DNA of 64,000 nt from assembly GCA_963662665.2 (NCBI GenBank), contig CAXXJS010000028.1:1-64000 (forward strand). Reading direction: 5' to 3'. Of the stretch, positions 60,516 to 64,000 are shown piece after piece (within the stretch, counting starts at the first letter, position 1; every line of letters begins with the position of its first letter). Source of the stretch: Candidatus Latescibacterota bacterium. GTDB taxonomy: Bacteria; Latescibacterota; UBA2968; GCA-2709665. The notes under the pieces were generated by a model. That model had not been told where the DNA came from. It saw nothing but the letters and a program-made list of their open reading frames with translations, and ran no database searches. The translations under genes were made by a program, and so were the position numbers.

Positions 60516-61373
60516 ATGCGACTGCTCACCTTCGATTACCAGGGAGCGCGACGCGTGGGCGTCAGGTCGGGAGACACGATCGTGGACGTGAGCCGTATCG
60601 ATCCCAACCTCCCGCCCGATCTCATAGGCCTGCTGGAGGCGGGGCCGACCGCGCTTGCAGCCGTGCGGGAAGCGGCAGAGAGCGGCGCAGGCATCGACGC
60701 CGGCGCCGTCCGTGTGGCGGCGCCCATCCAGAACCCGGAAAAGATCCTCTGCATCGGCCTCAACTACGCGGATCACGCCGCCGAAAGCAATATGCCCATT
60801 CCCTCGGAGCCGGTGGTGTTTTCCAAGTTTTCTTCCACGATTATCGGACCCGGCGATGCGATACGCCTGCCGTCAGTGACGCAGTCTATAGACTACGAGG
60901 CCGAACTGGTGGTTGTCATCGGAACGGCAGGAAAGGATATATCGGAATCCGACGCGATGGACCACGTCGCGGGCTATACCGTGGGCCACGACGTCAGCGC
61001 GCGTGACTTCCAGCTTGAAAAACCCGGCGGGCAATGGCTGTTGGGCAAGACGTTCGACACGTTCGCGCCGCTGGGACCGGAAATTGTCACCCCCGACGAG
61101 GTCGACGATCCGCACAACCTGGGCATACGGTGTATCCTGAACGGCCAAACCGTGCAGGACTCGAATACCCAACAGTTGATTTTCAACATAGACCAGTTGA
61201 TCGCCTATCTGTCCCGGGTTATCACTCTCCAGCCCGGCGATCTGATCTTCACGGGCACGCCACCCGGAGTCGGTATGGCCCGTCAGCCGCAACTCTGGCT
61301 GTGCGCAGGGGACACCGTGGTTTGTGAAATAGACGGCATAGGCAGGCTTGAGAACCCGGTTGTCTCCGGCTGA
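60516..61373 (+). CDS. Fumarylacetoacetate hydrolase family protein
   Basis: KILCIGLNYADH, DYEAEL, DVSARD, GKTFDTFAPLGP, GDLIFTGTPPGVG. Confidence 0.95.
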   Translation: MRLLTFDYQGARRVGVRSGDTIVDVSRIDPNLPPDLIGLLEAGPTALAAVREAAESGAGIDAGAVRVAAPIQNPEKILCIGLNYADHAAESNMPIPSEPVVFSKFSSTIIGPGDAIRLPSVTQSIDYEAELVVVIGTAGKDISESDAMDHVAGYTVGHDVSARDFQLEKPGGQWLLGKTFDTFAPLGPEIVTPDEVDDPHNLGIRCILNGQTVQDSNTQQLIFNIDQLIAYLSRVITLQPGDLIFTGTPPGVGMARQPQLWLCAGDTVVCEIDGIGRLENPVVSG

Positions 61374-61639
61374 CCAGTACAAGATTGAAAAACCGGAGTC
61401 GTTGCGGCGGGTCCGAAAACCTCCGAAATCCCGCCAGGTCTCGTGGGTCCCGCTTCCCCCGAGACTCGATCGCATTCAGGTTTCAGCCATCAACTAATTT
61501 TATAAATATTTAATGAACACCATATTATATTCGATTTCAACGCACACAAGTGTGTGTATGCGTCCCTCGTTTCACAATTGTACTCTCCGGCCCTTGCAGT
61601 CGCCGCATCTCCTGAGGCGCAACCTCTCCCTCCGGGCCC

Positions 61640-62290
61640 TCGGTAAAAGCTGTCAGCTTGAATCGACGAGACCTCTCCCCCCGGCCCCCTCTCCCAGGGG
61701 AGAGGGGGAGGGTTGGCGATACGGCCAGGCGATATCAATTAGCGATAACCGCACCAGTATATCGGCAACGTCGGCGCGGTGCCCTCACGGGGGAGGGGGA
61801 ACAATGCGGGATGTCTTCAGTTAATGACAGTTCCCCCCTTCCTTCAGGAAGGGGGATAGGGGGTAGGTCGCGCCCCATGGCGCATCTGCCCCTTCGCGCG
61901 ACCGGTGGCGGAGAGGGGGCTTTTGTTCGCGGCAAGAAACGCGCCGCTCACCAGCAACCTCGAACGCCAGAACCAGGCGTCCCCTGTTGTCCCGAAAAAT
62001 CCCGGAACAACAGGTCACCCGCTTCGCGGGCGGAGGTTGGTTCCGCGTGCTACCGTACGGCATCACTAAGATTCCGTATGTCGTCAGGTCCCATCAAGCG
62101 CCCGGTGGTTGCGCCGGGGCTTTTCCACGCTCTTCCGTCTGGCACTGAAGTACCGTGGGACGGGATTCGTACGCAGGCCACCGACACAGATATATACCCT
62201 TGAGACGATTCGTGGAAAAGCAGCCCCGCGGCGTTTGAGCGGCGCCGTTCTTTTTGGTCCTTTTTCTTTGGCGAAAAGGAAAAAGGACAT
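61640..62290. repeat. Composite intergenic repeat element
   Basis: Shares blocks with 55190-55530 and 15030-15290; ends in a GTCCTTTTT..AAAAAGGAC hairpin. Confidence 0.65.
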
Positions 62291-62493
62291 GGAAATAGGG
62301 GAAGTTTGTGGGTGGAGTAGAATCTACGTCGCTTTGCATCCAATATCCCCCCGAAACGTAGTTCCAAAGGGAGACTGTCCGCTACCAATCGAGCCGGCAA
62401 TGGCCAACGCGTAACGCAAAAAGGGCATTCTCACAGTTGTGTTGCCGTCTGATGCGGCATTTTCCACGCGCCCACGTAATGGAGGCATCGCGG

Positions 62494-64000
62494 ATGAACT
62501 TCGGAGATATGATCGAGAAGGCACGCAGGGGCAGGTTCAGCCAGCAGGGCCTGGGCGAGAAAATGGGCGTCTGGGGCACATATATCGGACAGATAGAGAG
62601 CGGGAAGCGAATCCCTTCGGATGAGCGATGCCTCGACCTGGCGGCCATTCTTGATCTGGACCCCAGGGCCCTTCTGATTCAGGCTTACAGGCAGCGCGCC
62701 CGCACTAAAGAGGCCCGGCGCCTCTTTGGCCGGATGGCGAGGCTGCTCGTGGATCCGCCCGGGAACCGGAAGGCGGCGGACGGCATCTCCCGCGACGAAC
62801 AGGGGCCGGCCACAGCTGCGCCGGGAGAATCCCTGCCGGATCGGATCGGGCGCGCGGGTGAGCCGCCCTTCACCCGCGGCGCCTACTCTTCGATGTATCG
62901 CGGGCGCCTCTGGACCTTTCGCCAGTACTCGGGATTCTCCACCCCGGCCGAGACAAACGCCCGGTTTCGCGCACTGCTTGCCGGGGGCCAGACCGGCCTG
63001 AGTGTGGCCTTCGACCTGCCCACGCAGATGGGTTACGACTCGGACCATCCCGGTGCGGAGGGCGAGGTGGGCAGGGTGGGCGTGGCGATCGACGGCCTGT
63101 GGGACCTGGAAGCCCTGTTTGAGGGGATACACCTGGACCGCATCAGCACTTCCATGACAATCAACGCGACGGCGTGCATCCTGTTTGCGTTCTACACGGG
63201 CCTGGGAAAAAAACGCGGGCTGCCTTCAGCGATGCTTACCGGAACCGTCCAGAACGATATTCTCAAGGAATATGTTTCACGTGGAACATATATCTTTCCG
63301 ATTGCCGACTCGATGCGAATGGTCGTAGACCTGATGGGTTATTGTCTCAGGGAGTCGCCGAAGTGGAATCCGATCAGCGTCAGCGGGTACCATATGAGAG
63401 AAGCGGGCGCAACCGCCGCCCAGGAGTTGGGTTTCACGCTCGCCCACGCACTGTCGTATGCCGAGGCCGCCAGGGAGGCCGGGCTGGAACTGGAGGGGGT
63501 GCTTCCGAAATTCTCCTTCTTCTTTGGCGTCCATAACCACTTCCTTGAAGAAATCGCCAAATTCCGGGCGGCCAGGCGCCTCTGGAGCCGCCTCGTCGAG
63601 GAACGCCTGGGCATAACGGACCCGCGCTGCCGGCGGTTGCGATTTCACGCCCAGACCGCCGGCTCGACACTCACGGCGCAACAGCCGTTGAACAACTGCG
63701 CACGGACCACGCTCCAGGCGCTAGCCGCCGTGCTGGGCGGGACCCAATCCCTGCACGTCAACGCCTACGACGAAGCGCTCGGCCTGCCGTCGGATACGGG
63801 AGCGCAACTGGCTGTCCGTACCCAGCAGATCCTCGCCTGTGAAAGCGGTATTCCCAACACTGTCGATCCGATGGGTGGGTCGTTTGCGGTCGAACAAATG
63901 ACCGATGACCTGGAGGAGGAAGCCATTGCCGTTCTGGAGTCGGTCGACCGGGAGGGAGGGGCCGCGCCAGCCGCCGCAAACGGTTTCACGGCAGCCTGTA
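62494..64000 (+). CDS. XRE-family HTH domain fused to a methylmalonyl-CoA mutase large subunit (3' truncated by the window edge)
   Basis: GGAGG SD at 62481. Reads MNFGDMIEKARRGRFSQQGLGEKMGVWGTYIGQIESGKRIPS..., a linker, then GEPPFTRG, RLWTFRQYSGF, GLSVAFDLPT, TSMTIN, GTVQNDILKEY, SVSGYHMREAG, FHAQT, GGTQSLH in one open frame. Confidence 0.92.
   Translation, partial: MNFGDMIEKARRGRFSQQGLGEKMGVWGTYIGQIESGKRIPSDERCLDLAAILDLDPRALLIQAYRQRARTKEARRLFGRMARLLVDPPGNRKAADGISRDEQGPATAAPGESLPDRIGRAGEPPFTRGAYSSMYRGRLWTFRQYSGFSTPAETNARFRALLAGGQTGLSVAFDLPTQMGYDSDHPGAEGEVGRVGVAIDGLWDLEALFEGIHLDRISTSMTINATACILFAFYTGLGKKRGLPSAMLTGTVQNDILKEYVSRGTYIFPIADSMRMVVDLMGYCLRESPKWNPISVSGYHMREAGATAAQELGFTLAHALSYAEAAREAGLELEGVLPKFSFFFGVHNHFLEEIAKFRAARRLWSRLVEERLGITDPRCRRLRFHAQTAGSTLTAQQPLNNCARTTLQALAAVLGGTQSLHVNAYDEALGLPSDTGAQLAVRTQQILACESGIPNTVDPMGGSFAVEQMTDDLEEEAIAVLESVDREGGAAPAAANGFTAAC
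63273..63288. other. parS centromere-like site
   Basis: TGTTTCACGTGGAACA, the reverse complement of the canonical TGTTCCACGTGAAACA. Confidence 0.75.

Noticed and set aside
61490-61560. AT-rich tract as a second origin-like element
   Set aside because: No DnaA boxes nearby; more likely a promoter or repeat flank.
62293-62385. Cobalamin-riboswitch-like fragments (AATAGGGGAAG, CCCCCGAAACGTA, GGGAGACTGTCC) upstream of the HTH-mutase
   Set aside because: The context is attractive, but the core motifs and helices are too degenerate to support by eye. It needs an Infernal scan against the Rfam cobalamin models.
62431-63989. Short ORFs listed by the track in this interval
   Set aside because: All are alternative-frame or antisense shadows of the open HTH-mutase frame starting at 62494.

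Overview
A 64 kb, GC-rich bacterial chromosomal window from a diderm (it encodes outer-membrane beta-barrel and lipoprotein genes). The gene content loosely suggests a Latescibacterota/Gemmatimonadota-like lineage, which is inference only. Most of it is housekeeping: a cytochrome c maturation operon (ccmE-F-H-I-like-X-A-B-C, with a CxxxY-type CcmE), dnaK, sucC, gpmI, acnA, mdh, rplU/rpmA, RNase G/E, moeA/moaC, sat, clpP, hemE-hemH-hemY, serS and alpha-2-macroglobulin/pbpC. Downstream of tRNA-Lys(CTT) lies an eroded accessory region (about 24.7-36.3 kb). It holds an internally deleted hsdM, several antitoxins with no intact toxin, ATPase and AlbA-like fragments, an unusual ion channel and an HNH nuclease. 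Main observations that the ORF track does not show: (1) an XRE-type helix-turn-helix domain fused in frame to a methylmalonyl-CoA mutase large subunit, running off the right edge; (2) a perfect parS 16-mer inside that CDS, about 3 kb from an AT-rich DnaA-box cluster that is a candidate oriC with no dnaA in the window; (3) a 6-TM voltage-sensor channel with a non-canonical TGGYAD filter and a tandem virion-like beta repeat in its S1-S2 loop, followed in frame, after a single TAG, by an MFS gene with no canonical start; (4) sigma54-type promoters upstream of fmdB-dnaK and of a 56-codon ORF; (5) mosaic intergenic repeat elements. All calls are by eye; no searches were run.
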